From positions 1 through 64,000 of the forward strand of contig CAWBKP010000017.1 of the NCBI GenBank assembly GCA_963789395.1: a stretch of DNA of 64,000 bases, written 5' to 3'. Each line of letters opens with the position of its first letter. Within the stretch, counting starts at the first letter, position 1. Positions 21,325-32,800 of the stretch are shown piece after piece. Source of the DNA: an uncultured delta proteobacterium. GTDB lineage: Bacteria; Desulfobacterota; Desulfobacteria; Desulfobacterales; Desulfatirhabdiaceae. A model generated the notes under the pieces. That model was given only the letters and a program-made list of their open reading frames with translations. It did not search any database and had not been told where the DNA came from. The position numbers and the translations under genes are program-made.

Positions 21325-22302
21325 TTACTGTTGATGAAATGATTTTCCCAGCGCCGAGGGTGCGGAACTGGAGAAAAAACGAAGGGCCGATTTCAGCCAG
21401 GGCCGGTTCTGCGCGCGGATCAGAACGGATTCCTGCTGGCTGGCGAACATGAGAACAACATGAAAATCATCAGCGGAAAAGGCGCTGTCTGAAAAACCTG
21501 GGCCGGAATGGAGGGGAACCATCCCTGAAAATAAATTCCCATGACCTGAAGCAGGGCGAACAGGTATGCGCCTGCGGCAGCCTTCACCGGATTCCAGCCG
21601 CCGAAAATGACCAGCGCCAGTGCGATCCAGCCCGTGCCTTCCGCGCCCTGGGGTCTTCCCCAGCCCGGTTTGGCAGAAAGAGAAAAAACAGCGCCGCTGA
21701 GTCCGACCAGAAGGCCGCCGCAGACGGCGTAAATCGTCTGAAGATGATGGGGATATTCCCCTGGCGTAGGACGCCGCAGGGTTTTCTCCGACGGATCGGA
21801 GTTTGAGCCCCGGAGAGGTCCGATAAAGATACCACCAGGACAGGCCGATCGCTATCAGGCTGCCATATACCGTGATATTCTGCTGAAACAAGATCGGGCC
21901 GATAAAGGGAATATCTTCCAGAAAAGGAATGGGCAGGGGAAGCACCTGCGGGCCGTGAATCCGGGAATAGGGATTTCCCAGAAAATACGCCAGATCCCGC
22001 GTCATCAGGGTCAATACAAATCCCACGGCAACCTGGGACAGCTTCAGATGAATGCTGAAAATGGCAATGACGGCCGCAACGGCCGCACCTGTTAATGCGC
22101 CGGCGGCAAAGCCTGCAGCCAGACTCTGGGTGTTGTATGCAACCATAAAAGCGGCCATTGCGGACAGCAGGATGGATCCGTCCAGGGACAGATTGATAAT
22201 GCCCGCTTTTTCCGAGATGGTCTCTCCGATGGCAGCCAGGACAATGGGCGCTGCACCGGCAACGATGCTGGCAAGAATCATTGCGGCATTCAGTTCATTC
22301 AT
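21325..22302 (-). CDS. Nucleoside/simple-sugar ABC transporter permease (frameshifted)
   Basis: AAIGETISEKAGIINL, GLKLRSVGENP; operon context. Confidence 0.85.
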   Translation of the reverse strand: MNELNAAMILASIVAGAAPIVLAAIGETISEKAGIINLSLDGSILLSAMAAFMVAYNTQSLAAGFAAGALTGAAVAAVIAIFSIHLKLSQVAVGFVLTLMTRDLAYFLGNPYSRIHGPQVLPLPIPFLEDIPFIGPILFQQNITVYGSLIAIGLSWWYLYRTSPGLKLRSVGENPAASYARGISPSSSDDLRRLRRPSGRTQRRCFFSFCQTGLGKTPGRGRHGLDRTGAGHFRRLESGEGCRRRIPVRPASGHGNLFSGMVPLHSGPGFSDSAFSADDFHVVLMFASQQESVLIRAQNRPWLKSALRFFSSSAPSALGKSFHQQ

Positions 22303-23343
22303 GACGTGCCCCTTTGCGCCAGGCATGAACGCCCAGGGTGGCCAGAACCAGCGACCCTTGAATGACGCCGCTCAGGGAGGAATCGAGCTGAAGCACGATG
22401 GGAAGTTGGATGCTCCCCACATTCAGGCAGGCAAAAAACAGGGAAACGACGGGGGTAATTCCCGTGCGAAACCCTGCCAGCATCACCACCAGAAGGGCCA
22501 GGTAGCCATAGCCGCTGGAGATGGCCGGAATCAGGCGGTGATAGACCGCGACAACCTGAATGCATCCGGCAAGGCCGGAAAGCCCGCCTGCAAAAATCAT
22601 GGCCAGCAGCATGTACCGGTCGGGATGGAGGCCGAACAGCACGGAAGCAGCCGGGTTGTTGCCGATGGCTTTGAGATTGAGGCCGATCCGGGTGGTGCGA
22701 AGAATAAAGCGGTGATGCAAAGGGCAAATATCGTCAGCAGGATGCCGACCGGCGGAGCATTGATTGAAAAGGCCTGGGGCAGCCAAAGAGCCTGAGGGAA
22801 GGTTTCGGTGCCGCTCATGGAGGCAACGCCCGGCTGTTTCCAGGGGCCGAAAATCAGCCACAGAATAAATCCCTGGGCCACGAAATTGAGACCCAGGCCG
22901 GCAAAGATCTCGTTGACGCCGCATTTTGTTTTCAGGAAACCGGCAATGACGGCCCAGAGGGCGCCGCCGGCCAAAGCGGCCGGGAACGACAGCCACAAAT
23001 AAAGAATTTCATGTTCGCTGCCCACGCCGAATCGCAGGATTCCGGTTGCGAACACGGCGCCCATGATCATCTGGCCTTCAATGCCGATGTTCCACAAGCC
23101 GATTCTGAAGGTGTAGAGCAGTCCGCAGGCGCATAACGTCAGCGGGATCCAGGCTTTGACGGCATGGCCGAATTTCACCCAGGAACCGAATGCGCCCAGA
23201 AAAATATGATAATAGGTATTCAGGGGCGGTGCGCCGGCTGCCAGCAGAATCAGCGTGGTAAACCCCCAGACGCTGACCAGGGTGATGAGCCAGTCGACGG
23301 CGACCGAAAAAAGGGGTTTATGCGTGAACGGGAGAAAATTCAT
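22295..23343 (-). CDS. Nucleoside/simple-sugar ABC transporter permease (frameshifted)
   Basis: GLWNIGIEGQ, LKAIGNNP, SSGYGYLALLV motifs. Confidence 0.85.
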
Positions 23344-24804
23344 TCAGTGCTTTCCGGCAATCGCCTTTCCCAGTTCATGGATATTGGTCTGCTTTGTTGC
23401 CACATCCTTGATCAGGCGGCCGTCGAAAAAGACCAGGATGCGATGGGCGATCATCAGAATTTCATCCAGTTCGGTGGATGAAAATACGATGCTGGCCTGA
23501 TTCTGGCGATGCTGCTGCAACTGCTCCCATATCCAGTGGGTGGATTCCACATCCAGTCCGCGGGTGGGGTTTTCCAGAAGCAGCAGACGGGGCGTTTCCG
23601 GAAGGAGCGACAGCAGCAGGCGCTGCTGGTTGCCGCCCGAAAGGGTTTCCACCGTCGAGCCGGGTTTTCCCTTGATATGAAACCGGGCGATCCGGTGCTC
23701 CGCCTTTTGAAGCCACTCCAGCCATCGGACAATGAACCCCTTCCGGCCGTGTTGGAGCGCCACGTGTTCGGCAATGCTCAGACCCGGTATCAGCCCCTCT
23801 TCCAGTCGCGCGGTGGGCATAAACACCACCTGCCTGGCTTTAAATGCATGGTGGTCCTTGCCGTTCATCCGGATTCCATTTAAGGTAATGGTTCCCTGCG
23901 TGGGTTTTTTGATGCCCGAAGCCAGCCGGAGAAACAGTTCCTGTCCGCTGCCCTCAAGCCCTGCAAGGCCGATGATCTCGCCTTCCCGAATCCGGGCGCT
24001 GCAATTCGTGAGTCCGCAGCGGCCGCCGATCGTGGAAACCGCACCCATTTCCAGAATCGGCTCTCCCGGCGCAACCGGCAGCAGGACAGGCGGCGCTGGC
24101 GGGGTTCCAAAAATCATTTCCAGAAGGGTTTCAGTGGAAAACGGGCGGGTCATGCTTCCGGATACCATTCCCTGGCGAAGCACGGTTACCCGGCTGCACA
24201 ACGTCTCCACATCCTCGAGTTTGTGAGACACCAGGATAATGCTTTTCCCATTGGCCGCAAGCGCTTTGAGGGCATTGAACAGCGTGTCTTTCTGGAGGCT
24301 GGAAATGCCGGTGGTGGGCTCATCCAGGATCAGCACTTCAACGCCCAGGGCCAGAAGTCTGAGCAGCTCCAGTTGCTGTCTTTCACCGATGGTCAGGCTG
24401 TTGACAGGGACTTCGGGGTTCAGAGAAAAACCGAACTGGTCTGATAGCCGGCGTAGCTGGCGTTGAAAAAGAGGTTTCCGGATCCGGACACCAGAAGTCT
24501 GGCCGAGCATGAAATTATCCAGAACCGTCAGTGAGGGAAAATCCTGAGGGTCCTGATACAACATCCCCAGTCCCAGTTTCATGGCCTGTTCCGGACGGTT
24601 GTAATCCGCAGCCGCCCCGTTGATCAGAACCGTTCCCCGGTTTTTCCGGATGGTTCCGGCCATGACCTTCATCAGTGTGCTTTTCCCGGCGCCGTTTTCT
24701 CCCAGTATGCCGTGAATGGTGCCGGGTTCGATGGTCAGGCTGATGCCGTAATTGGCCCGGGATGCACCGTAATATTTGTGGATGTCGTGGAGTTCGATCC
24801 GCAT
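23344..24804 (-). CDS. ABC transporter ATP-binding protein (tandem NBD, CUT2 type)
   Basis: GENGAGKST, ILDEPT, LSGGNQQR. Confidence 0.95.
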   Translation of the reverse strand: MRIELHDIHKYYGASRANYGISLTIEPGTIHGILGENGAGKSTLMKVMAGTIRKNRGTVLINGAAADYNRPEQAMKLGLGMLYQDPQDFPSLTVLDNFMLGQTSGVRIRKPLFQRQLRRLSDQFGFSLNPEVPVNSLTIGERQQLELLRLLALGVEVLILDEPTTGISSLQKDTLFNALKALAANGKSIILVSHKLEDVETLCSRVTVLRQGMVSGSMTRPFSTETLLEMIFGTPPAPPVLLPVAPGEPILEMGAVSTIGGRCGLTNCSARIREGEIIGLAGLEGSGQELFLRLASGIKKPTQGTITLNGIRMNGKDHHAFKARQVVFMPTARLEEGLIPGLSIAEHVALQHGRKGFIVRWLEWLQKAEHRIARFHIKGKPGSTVETLSGGNQQRLLLSLLPETPRLLLLENPTRGLDVESTHWIWEQLQQHRQNQASIVFSSTELDEILMIAHRILVFFDGRLIKDVATKQTNIHELGKAIAGKH

Positions 24805-24818
24805 GGGAAAAAGGCTGA

Positions 24819-24885
24819 AGACCGATGGCTGAAGGATACAGGTAAAAGGCGCCTTTAAAGTGCTTTTCCCTTCAGCCTTCGGTCT
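24819..24885. repeat. Intergenic REP-like hairpin
   Basis: AGACCGATGGCTGAAGG / CCTTCAGCCTTCGGTCT inverted repeat (16/17 match). Confidence 0.6.
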
Positions 24886-24890
24886 CTGTG

Positions 24891-26078
24891 CTATTTTTTT
24901 GCGCTGCTCTGGCCTGCCATGCCTTCCAGCAGCTGTTTCATGTACCAGATCTGCTGATCCGTAGCAATTTCGCCGGCTTTCAGGTAGGGGGAGCCGTCCT
25001 GGTAATTCAGCGGGCCTTTAAACAGATTGAGTTTTCCAGAACCCAGTTCCGCGGTAAATACGTCCAGGGCCTGTTTGGCGGCGGGAGAAAGGGCCGGGCC
25101 AGGCAGGAATCCGATGGTGCTGGTATCCGGATTGTTCAGGTTTTTCCAGTCCGGTCCCAGCCAGACCCATTCGGATTTCCAGCTTCCGGACCGGGCGGCC
25201 TTGACGAACTGGACATATCCCGGTCCCCAGTTGAAATAGGGGACGCCCAGGCATGCATCGGATGCGCCGTCGCAGGCGCCTACATAGTCATAGGGAACGG
25301 CCCAGACTTCTTTTGCCTCCTGGCGTTTTTGCCGGGCGACAACCACGGCCTCGGTCGTATCGATGCCCGATACCACCACATCGTAGCCGGTATTGAAAAA
25401 ATTCTGGGTCACCTGGGTCGGATCTGCTGTAACGCCTGGAATATTGAACCAGAATCCGATCCAGGTCACCTGAAATTTCAGATCTTCCGGTTTTTTCTTT
25501 AATACGGTTTCCCAGGCATATTTGGCGCCCAGAAAGCAGGAGACACTGAGCCGCCGGGTTTCCTCGTTGACCAGCGGCCCGAGGTAGCCGATTTTTCCGG
25601 TTTTTGTCGTCATGGCGGCGACAAAGCCCGCCATCATCTTGCCGTATTCCATTTTTCCAAAAAGATTGGACAGGTTTTTGGGTGCTTTTCCTGTCAACAC
25701 GTCATCCCCTGAAATATGAAGGAACTGAATATCCGGATGCAGCAGTGCGGCCTCCCGGATGCCGTCCTTCATGTCATCGGAATTGGCGATGATGAGTTTG
25801 GCCCCTTTTTCCACCATGTCATCCACAAGCTGGGGAATGGTAACGCCGGGTCGGTCCGCGGGATTGACCTTGTCGATATAGAGCATTTTAGCGCCGGGAA
25901 TCATTTTCTCGGCATATTTTCCGCCTTCATAATGGGCCTGGCTGTACCCCCTGTCATTGAAGGGGCCAACCATCAGCAAGCCGAATGTAAAGGGTTTTTC
26001 CGCCGCCAGGGCAGCGGCGGATGAAAAAAGGCAGACGGTGCAGAGCAGACCGATCCAGAGTCCCAGAAATTTTTTCAT
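24891..26078 (-). CDS. BMP-family ABC substrate-binding protein (purine nucleoside type)
   Basis: Signal peptide; GPFNDRGYSQAHYEG, TKTGKIGYLG, YFNWGP. Confidence 0.9.
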   Translation of the reverse strand: MKKFLGLWIGLLCTVCLFSSAAALAAEKPFTFGLLMVGPFNDRGYSQAHYEGGKYAEKMIPGAKMLYIDKVNPADRPGVTIPQLVDDMVEKGAKLIIANSDDMKDGIREAALLHPDIQFLHISGDDVLTGKAPKNLSNLFGKMEYGKMMAGFVAAMTTKTGKIGYLGPLVNEETRRLSVSCFLGAKYAWETVLKKKPEDLKFQVTWIGFWFNIPGVTADPTQVTQNFFNTGYDVVVSGIDTTEAVVVARQKRQEAKEVWAVPYDYVGACDGASDACLGVPYFNWGPGYVQFVKAARSGSWKSEWVWLGPDWKNLNNPDTSTIGFLPGPALSPAAKQALDVFTAELGSGKLNLFKGPLNYQDGSPYLKAGEIATDQQIWYMKQLLEGMAGQSSAKK

Positions 26079-26124
26079 GATGCCTCCATTAGGTGAACGC
26101 TAAGTGCGGATGAAAAAAGAAGTA

Positions 26125-27802
26125 TTACCGTATTTGCTTTTCCGCCCATTCGGCCAGCTGTTCCCTGTAGATTTTGGCATTGTGCCGGATATCCACGGGA
26201 AATTCCGCGTGAAACAGAATGGTGTCAATATCTTTGGTCAGCAGATTCTTGGACGACAGGTTCAGAAGCTCATGCAGCAGTTCCTTTTCGTGATCGGATC
26301 GAACCTGCCTGCCGGGGCTGAATGATGATAACGGGTTTTTGATTGGGCGGTTTGCCGACGCCGACCAGGGCGCTTCGCAGCACATCGGGATGGGTGTTGA
26401 AAATGGCTTCACAGGGAATGGTGTACAATGTCCCCGATGCGGTCTGTACCCGGTGGCTTTTTCTGCCGCAGAACCAGATCCGGCCTTTGGTGTCGGCCCA
26501 TCCCAGATCGCCCATCCGGTGCCAGGTGTCTTTGCCGTCGCGAATTTTGGCAAGGCTGTCCGCTTCCCGGTTTTCAAAATAGCTGCAGGTGACCAGATCG
26601 CCTTTGACCGCGATTTCCCCGATTTCCGCGGGAGGCACAACAAGGTCCTCACTCCATCTGGCAATCGGCGTGTCCGTGATTTTGATGATGCGGACATTCA
26701 GGTCATTGATGGGCCTGCCGACACAGATCCCGTATCCTTTTTCAGTGAGGCTGCGGGTTTCGCAGAGAATTTCCCGGCTGGCAATGGACAGGATCGGAAC
26801 GGCCTCAGTGGCCCCGTAAGGGGTATGGATTTCAGCGGCGTCACACAGCAGGTGGCTGAACTGATCAATATTGGCGGGAGATACCGGAGCCCCGGCTGAA
26901 ACCACCCGTTTCAGGGAAGGCAGCTTGATCAGCCGCTGTTTGCCAAAGCTTCCCACCCGGTCCAGAAGGGCGGGGGAGGCAAACATGTTGGTAACGCCCT
27001 GATTGATGATGGCTTCAATGATCTGCTCGGGATCCACCTTGGCAGGCTGCGTGGGATCCATATCCGGAATAATGGCGGTCATGCCGAGCGCCGGATCAAA
27101 CAGCGCAAACAGGGGAAATGTCGGCAGGTCGATTTCATCTCCGGATATCTGAAAGTGAGACTGAATGTGCCGGATCTGGGCGTCAAAATTGCCATGCGTG
27201 TAAACGGCGCCTTTGGCGGGCCCGGTGCTGCCGGTCGTAAACAGGATGGCGGCCATTTCCTCTTTCTGAGTTGCAGCCGGAGGATACGCCTGCCATGGGG
27301 TCAGCCGCAGACTGCTCAGGGAGTGGCCTCCCCAGAACCAGCGGGAACCGACGGTGACGAAGGTTCTGACGGTTCGGAAGCTGGCCGGGTGGAGCATTCT
27401 GAACGAATGGGCTTTGGGGATGCCGATAAAGGCTTCCGGCTTGCTGTCTTTCAGGCAGGAGAGCATTCGCTGGCTTCCCATGCCCGGATCCACGACAACC
27501 GGGATGGCGCCGATTTTGAATAAGGCGAACGTCAGGGTAAAAAAATTCAGACTCGGCGGAACCATCAACACCGTTCGGGTTCCCCGTGCGATGCCGATCG
27601 AATCCATGCCATGGGCCAGACAGTCGGATTCCATATCCAGTTGCCGGAATGTTAATTGAGAATAGGTGACCCTGCCGTCCTCATCCCTTCCGGATGGAAA
27701 GACCACAGCGCGTTTATAGGGCTGCAGTTTCGCCATCTGGGTCAGGTGGGAAGCAATATTCATCTGTTTGGAATCGGATTTGGGTTGAAGTGGTTGTGTC
27801 AT
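26125..27802 (-). CDS. oleC: OleC beta-lactone synthetase (AMP-dependent ligase); frameshift near the C-terminus
   Basis: FTTGSTGPAKG, TPYGATEA, WHRMGDLG, CGRKSHRV, end FPVDIRHNAKIYRE; adjacent to oleAB. Confidence 0.9.
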
Positions 27803-27887
27803 CCTGTAAATCCGTTATGTTGGTTAAGTGTCAGCAGTGAGCGCGAATGGCCGGTCTGATAACCCATTAAAGTGTTAAAAGGTTACA

Positions 27888-28814
27888 TCATGATACCGGA
27901 CTTTTCAAGAAGTTTAAAATATCCCTGCATATTCTCTCCGGCTCATCCTCAAGAAGGTAATGGCCGGCTTCCGGATAGCGGTGTATTCGGGCCTGCGGGA
28001 AGCGGCGCTGCCATTCCGCCAAATAATCCGTATCAAAAACAAAATCGTGCATGCCCCACAGAATCAGCATGGGAACCGGTGACAACCGGTGAAGATTGCG
28101 ATCCATCCACGCCAGCAGGGAATAGCTGGGATCAGACGGGGCCAGCGGAATATCTTCAACGAATTTCAAGGTGGCCAGCCGGTTGTTCCAGGAATCATAG
28201 GGTGCGCAAAGGCCTTTTTTTACATCACGGCCAAGCGCTTTTCGCGGCGCCATGACAAGGGCTGCGCGGGAAAACAGATTTCCGCCCAACACGGCTATTC
28301 TGGCAAGGGCTCTGAAACGCTTCAGGATCTGAAGCCGAAAGGGAAGTTTTTTCCCGTTCGGCGGGAAAAAAGCGGCCGTGTTCATCAGGATGATCCGCGA
28401 AATATGATCCGGATGGCGCAGGGCATATCCCAGGCCGATGGCGCCGCCCCAGTCGTGAAGGATGAGGGTGACGGGCCGGGTCAATCCAAGCCGGTCCAGC
28501 AGAAATTCAAGATCGTCAATCCGGCTGGACAGCCGGAAGTCATAGCGGTCTTCATCCGGTTTATCGGAAAGTCCGCATCCCATATGGTCGGGAGCAATGA
28601 CCCGGTAATCCGGTGAAAGCCCCTGGATAAGATTTCGAAAATAAAAAGACCAGGTGGGGTTTCCGTGGACCATGACAGCGGGCTCTCCCCGGCCCTCATC
28701 CAGATAGTGATAGCGCAGCCCGTTTATTTCCAGAAAATGGGATGAAAACGGATACAGGTGATGCAGTCCCGTCATGTCGATGGAGGGCGTTGCGGCGGTC
28801 ATGGGGCTTACCAC
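27888..28814 (-). CDS. oleB: OleB beta-lactone decarboxylase (haloalkane dehalogenase-like alpha/beta hydrolase)
   Basis: HGNPTWS, HDWGG nucleophile motif, GHYLLED. Confidence 0.88.
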   Translation of the reverse strand: MVSPMTAATPSIDMTGLHHLYPFSSHFLEINGLRYHYLDEGRGEPAVMVHGNPTWSFYFRNLIQGLSPDYRVIAPDHMGCGLSDKPDEDRYDFRLSSRIDDLEFLLDRLGLTRPVTLILHDWGGAIGLGYALRHPDHISRIILMNTAAFFPPNGKKLPFRLQILKRFRALARIAVLGGNLFSRAALVMAPRKALGRDVKKGLCAPYDSWNNRLATLKFVEDIPLAPSDPSYSLLAWMDRNLHRLSPVPMLILWGMHDFVFDTDYLAEWQRRFPQARIHRYPEAGHYLLEDEPERICRDILNFLKSPVS

Positions 28815-29848
28815 TCCAGGCCCAGCAGCATGCAGTTCAGGCCGCTGCCGATGCCGAAAAAACCGACCCGGTCGTTTTTCTCCAGAAACCCGCGTTCCGA
28901 TGCAATGGCTGCGGTTATGGGCAGGGAAACGGTGCCGATATTGCCCAGAAAGGGATAGGTGACAAAGTCCTTTTCCTTTGAAATCCCCAGGGCGTCCAGG
29001 ATGGTTTTCTGGTGTGTGGAGCCCACCTGGTGGCAGATGATTTTATCGGGTTTGTCCGCCGGCCACGTCATCTCTTTTCGGAATATGCGGTAGGTCTCCA
29101 CTCCCAGGGCAACGCCGTGCTGCAGGACGCCGGCGGAATCGGTTTCCATGATCTGGGGCAGGGTGGCCGGAATGCCGGTATCCGGCCCCCAGCGGCAGAG
29201 GCCATGGTGCTGTGCGGCGTTTCGGATGGTTCCGCCCAAAAGCCGGTGTCCGGTGCTTGAAACCGATGCATGGGTCAGAATGACGGCAACGGCTCCGGAT
29301 CCGCCGGTCAGGGTGGCGACGGTATTTCTAAACACCGCCATGTCCTGCGTGTCCAGCATGCGCTGTATGCTCAAATCCATGATCTGCCGGCTTGATTCGC
29401 ACGATACCACCATGCCTGCCTGAATCTGACCCAGTTCGATCGCGCTGGCTACCTGAAGGATGCCGTTCAGAACTCCCAGACAGGCATTGGACACATCATA
29501 AATCAGGGTCTGCGGTCCCAGTCCCAGCTCATGGCATACGGCGCAGGCCGTTGCCGGCTCGAGCTGATCCCGGCATACGCCGCCGTAAATCAGCATGCCG
29601 ATTTGCTCCGGGGAAATCCCGGATGACTGAAGCGCCTTTTTGCCGGCCCGCGCCGCGCCATCAAACATGCGAAACCCGGGATCCCAGTATCTGCGTTCGC
29701 GGATACCGGTAATCATTTCGAGCTGGCCTTTTTGAAAATGAAGCGCCCGGTAAAGCGGCTCCAGGCGTTTTTCAATATCATCGGAAGTCAGCACGTTCGG
29801 GGCCAGTTCATAGCCCATGCTGTCTATATAAACCGTGTTGAAATGCAT
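28808..29848 (-). CDS. oleA: OleA head-to-head condensing thiolase (FabH-like)
   Basis: LEPATA (Glu), DVSNACLG (Cys), CHQVG (His), GNIGTVS (Asn), GIGSGLN. Confidence 0.9.
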   Translation of the reverse strand: MHFNTVYIDSMGYELAPNVLTSDDIEKRLEPLYRALHFQKGQLEMITGIRERRYWDPGFRMFDGAARAGKKALQSSGISPEQIGMLIYGGVCRDQLEPATACAVCHELGLGPQTLIYDVSNACLGVLNGILQVASAIELGQIQAGMVVSCESSRQIMDLSIQRMLDTQDMAVFRNTVATLTGGSGAVAVILTHASVSSTGHRLLGGTIRNAAQHHGLCRWGPDTGIPATLPQIMETDSAGVLQHGVALGVETYRIFRKEMTWPADKPDKIICHQVGSTHQKTILDALGISKEKDFVTYPFLGNIGTVSLPITAAIASERGFLEKNDRVGFFGIGSGLNCMLLGLEW

Positions 29849-29878
29849 AACTGTACTGATATGAAAACGTTAAAGGGT

Positions 29879-32800
29879 TCAGTGCATCAGCCGGATGCCA
29901 AAGTCTTTCATTTCGTAAATCGTCAGTCCGTCCACACTGAGAAACCCGTCCGCAACAATCAGGGGATAGGGCGTCTCATCGATTCGGGTAACGACTGCCT
30001 CTACAATCACTTTCCGGTTTGCCGGGACCACCTGGCCCCGGTAGGTCCATGCGTGCCCGGTTCCGGTAACCAGCGAGAACCGGCATTCGGAAGTCAGATC
30101 GGGCCATTTGTCCAGCGCGATGAATTTTAAAAGCTGCATGAACGCCTCGATCCCCAGAGAGCCTGGCCAGACCGGATCCTGATAGAAATGCGCCTTGAAA
30201 AACCATTCTTCGGGATCAACTTTTTTGGATCCCTGAATATAACCCAGCCCGGCAGGGCCGCCGGCAGGATCATAGCGTTCGATAACATCCATCATGCGAA
30301 TGGCCCGGGCCGGCAGGGTCAGCTGCCGGGGCAGCGCATCCCCGGATTCCAGACGGTGTTCCGGAAAATAGGGCGGCACATCCGCAAGCGGATATTGCCG
30401 ACAGGCTGAGGTTTCATTCGCCTCCGGCCGGTACCGCCTGTCATCTGCGTTGGCCAGACCTTTTTGCTGCGCCAGGGTTGACCCGGTAAAAAATCCGAAT
30501 GTGGTTTCCCCTTCATAAATCATTTCATCCGCAGACGCCACGCGAAAATCAAAGGATTCGATGATCATGTCGCTGGCAGCGGATACCTGGGTCATTCGGC
30601 ATTTCATGGTCAGGGTTCCGGTCTCGGGGAAGACATCTTTATGGATGCGGCCTGTCCCCCCAAGATTTCGAAACCGCAGATCCTTCGGGCTGCTCAGGGC
30701 CGAACCCGCATAGGCGGCCAGCCACCCGCAGGGCTGAAGCGCGATTTCCAGAAGCACGGCATAGGGCATGATCCCGGAACGGTCCGCCGCAAAATACCAG
30801 TCTGAAGGCGATACTGTGTATTCAGCCTCGATCCATCCGCCGGGCTTCAGAACAAATGCCGGGGGTTCCGTCTTGACGATGCGATCGATAAACAGGTAGG
30901 GGGGGCCCGGCAGTCTTGCCAGAAACCGGTCCTCGTCAAAGGCGCGGAAGGTCTCACCGAAAGCATCCGATGGCTTTCCAACGGACAAAGCCAGAATCTT
31001 GTCATGGTTAAAGGGGACGTTTTGGCGGGTGGCTTGGGAAAGCCGGATATTTTCAATTGCCGGTTCCGGACGGTTCTGCCAGAAGATTTCAATATCCCGG
31101 CGCGTGATGCCGGTCATTTTCAGGGAAATGTTCCGGAACATGACGATGTGCCGGCCGTCCGCGAACATGTGGGCGTCGGCGATCACATAAGGTTCGGGAG
31201 CGTAGCCCAACTCGCGGATTTCGACCTGGTACATCACATGCCGGGTTCGGGGCGTCACCGGTCCCCGGCATTTCAGGACGCTTTCAACGCCCACCACCGG
31301 CTCATAGCAGACGCCGGGCTGATCGCTCACCCAGCCCATGCGCTGAATGAAGACGCGAAGGGTGTGGGCGCAGCATTCATACATCAGGGTTCCAGGCATG
31401 ACCGGGTCATCCATGAAATGACAGGTTAAAAACCAGTCGTCCGGATGAATGTCGGCCTGGGCCTGAATCATTCCCAGGCCGTAGCGTCCGCCATTCGGGA
31501 TCAAGGGTCAGCACCCGGTCGATCAGGCGCATTCTGCCGCCGGGAAGACAAAGGGATTCTGAAAGGCAAATGCCGCTGAAATGCGGCCCAAAGCACGCGG
31601 CCAGGTCTCCGGATCTCAGGGCGTCAACCTGGCTGTCCGAGAAGGTTTCTATAGCCCGGGGAACCAGCTGTTTCCAGTCCGAAGGGATACTCCCCGATGC
31701 CTTCTGAAGCTCCGGTTCGGTGAGAATAATGCCGCCAGAGTTTTTGACCTCCATTTCGGTAAAAAAACCGGCACATCCATTTTCCATGGTGATTAACAGG
31801 TCATCGCCGATAAAGCCCTTGAAGTGAAAAAAGAAAAGCCAGGTTTGCCCCTGACGGACGAAGCGCTCGATCTCGATCTCATAGCGGATGACATCGCCCG
31901 GCGCCGGGAGTCCGCGATGGAACTGAACTGAGGCATCCAGCAGTCGGTAGGTGCGCAGGCCCTTGACCTGAAGATCGATGCCCAGATAGGCGCACAGGAA
32001 AAGATCCGCCTGACCCGCCTCCACCGAGATGCATACCGGCGCATGCCCCCCGTCCAGATACCAGGCGCCGGGAACCACATCATGTTCGGTCACCACGCGC
32101 CCCGGACCAAGGGAGGCTTTTTGCCCGTCAACACTCAGAATCCGGTCCACCAGCATCAGGGGCTCGTCCGGAAGTCTGACCCGGGCAGGATAGGTGTCCA
32201 CTTCCGCAAACTCGGGCCCCAGAACGCTTGCCGCGGATCCGACGGCAAATTCCATGCAGCGGGATCGGGAGTAGGCAATGACAGGAGAGCCGGGAAATGG
32301 GGAGATGGGTGTATTCGGGCGTTCGTGGGGGTATGGCCGGGTGCTTGTGGCCGTCCGCGTGCCGTCATCCGTCCGGGAAAGTGCCAGTTGCTGCTGCAGG
32401 AGTCGGGCTTGCAGCGCGAAGCCATCGGCAAAGCGCTGGCCCAGCGTGGTTGAAAATCTCAAAAACGACGCGTGGGCATCGGCAGCGGCGCTTGCGTTCC
32501 GGGTAACTGCCTGCATCATATCAGGGGTATATACCGACGAGTCGGCGATGTTTCCCGTTTCCTGTCTCAGGAACACCGGATTCCTGCTGCCGCAGCTCTC
32601 CGGGTCCGGGTGCACGGTGATGAATCCATCGGAATCCGGTGGCGCTGCCAAAGGGACTGGGGGCGTTTGTGGAAATTTGGGGCTGAAAGCATTGCCTCCG
32701 GTCTTCAGTATCCGGTGACGGCCGTCTGTCCGGACAGACTCCGGATAAGACGTTTCACCGTAAAGGGGTTCCAGATCAATGAAAATCCGTTCGGCGGCCA

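Noticed and set aside
19954..26125. Nucleoside ABC transporter and deaminase as part of the ole pathway
   Set aside because: Co-oriented and close, but they form a self-consistent purine-nucleoside salvage unit with no chemical link to olefin synthesis.
31407..31504. Overlap of the two pfaBC ORFs as separate genes or a programmed frameshift
   Set aside because: The break falls inside a FabA-like DH domain with no slippery site, and matches the window-wide indel pattern.
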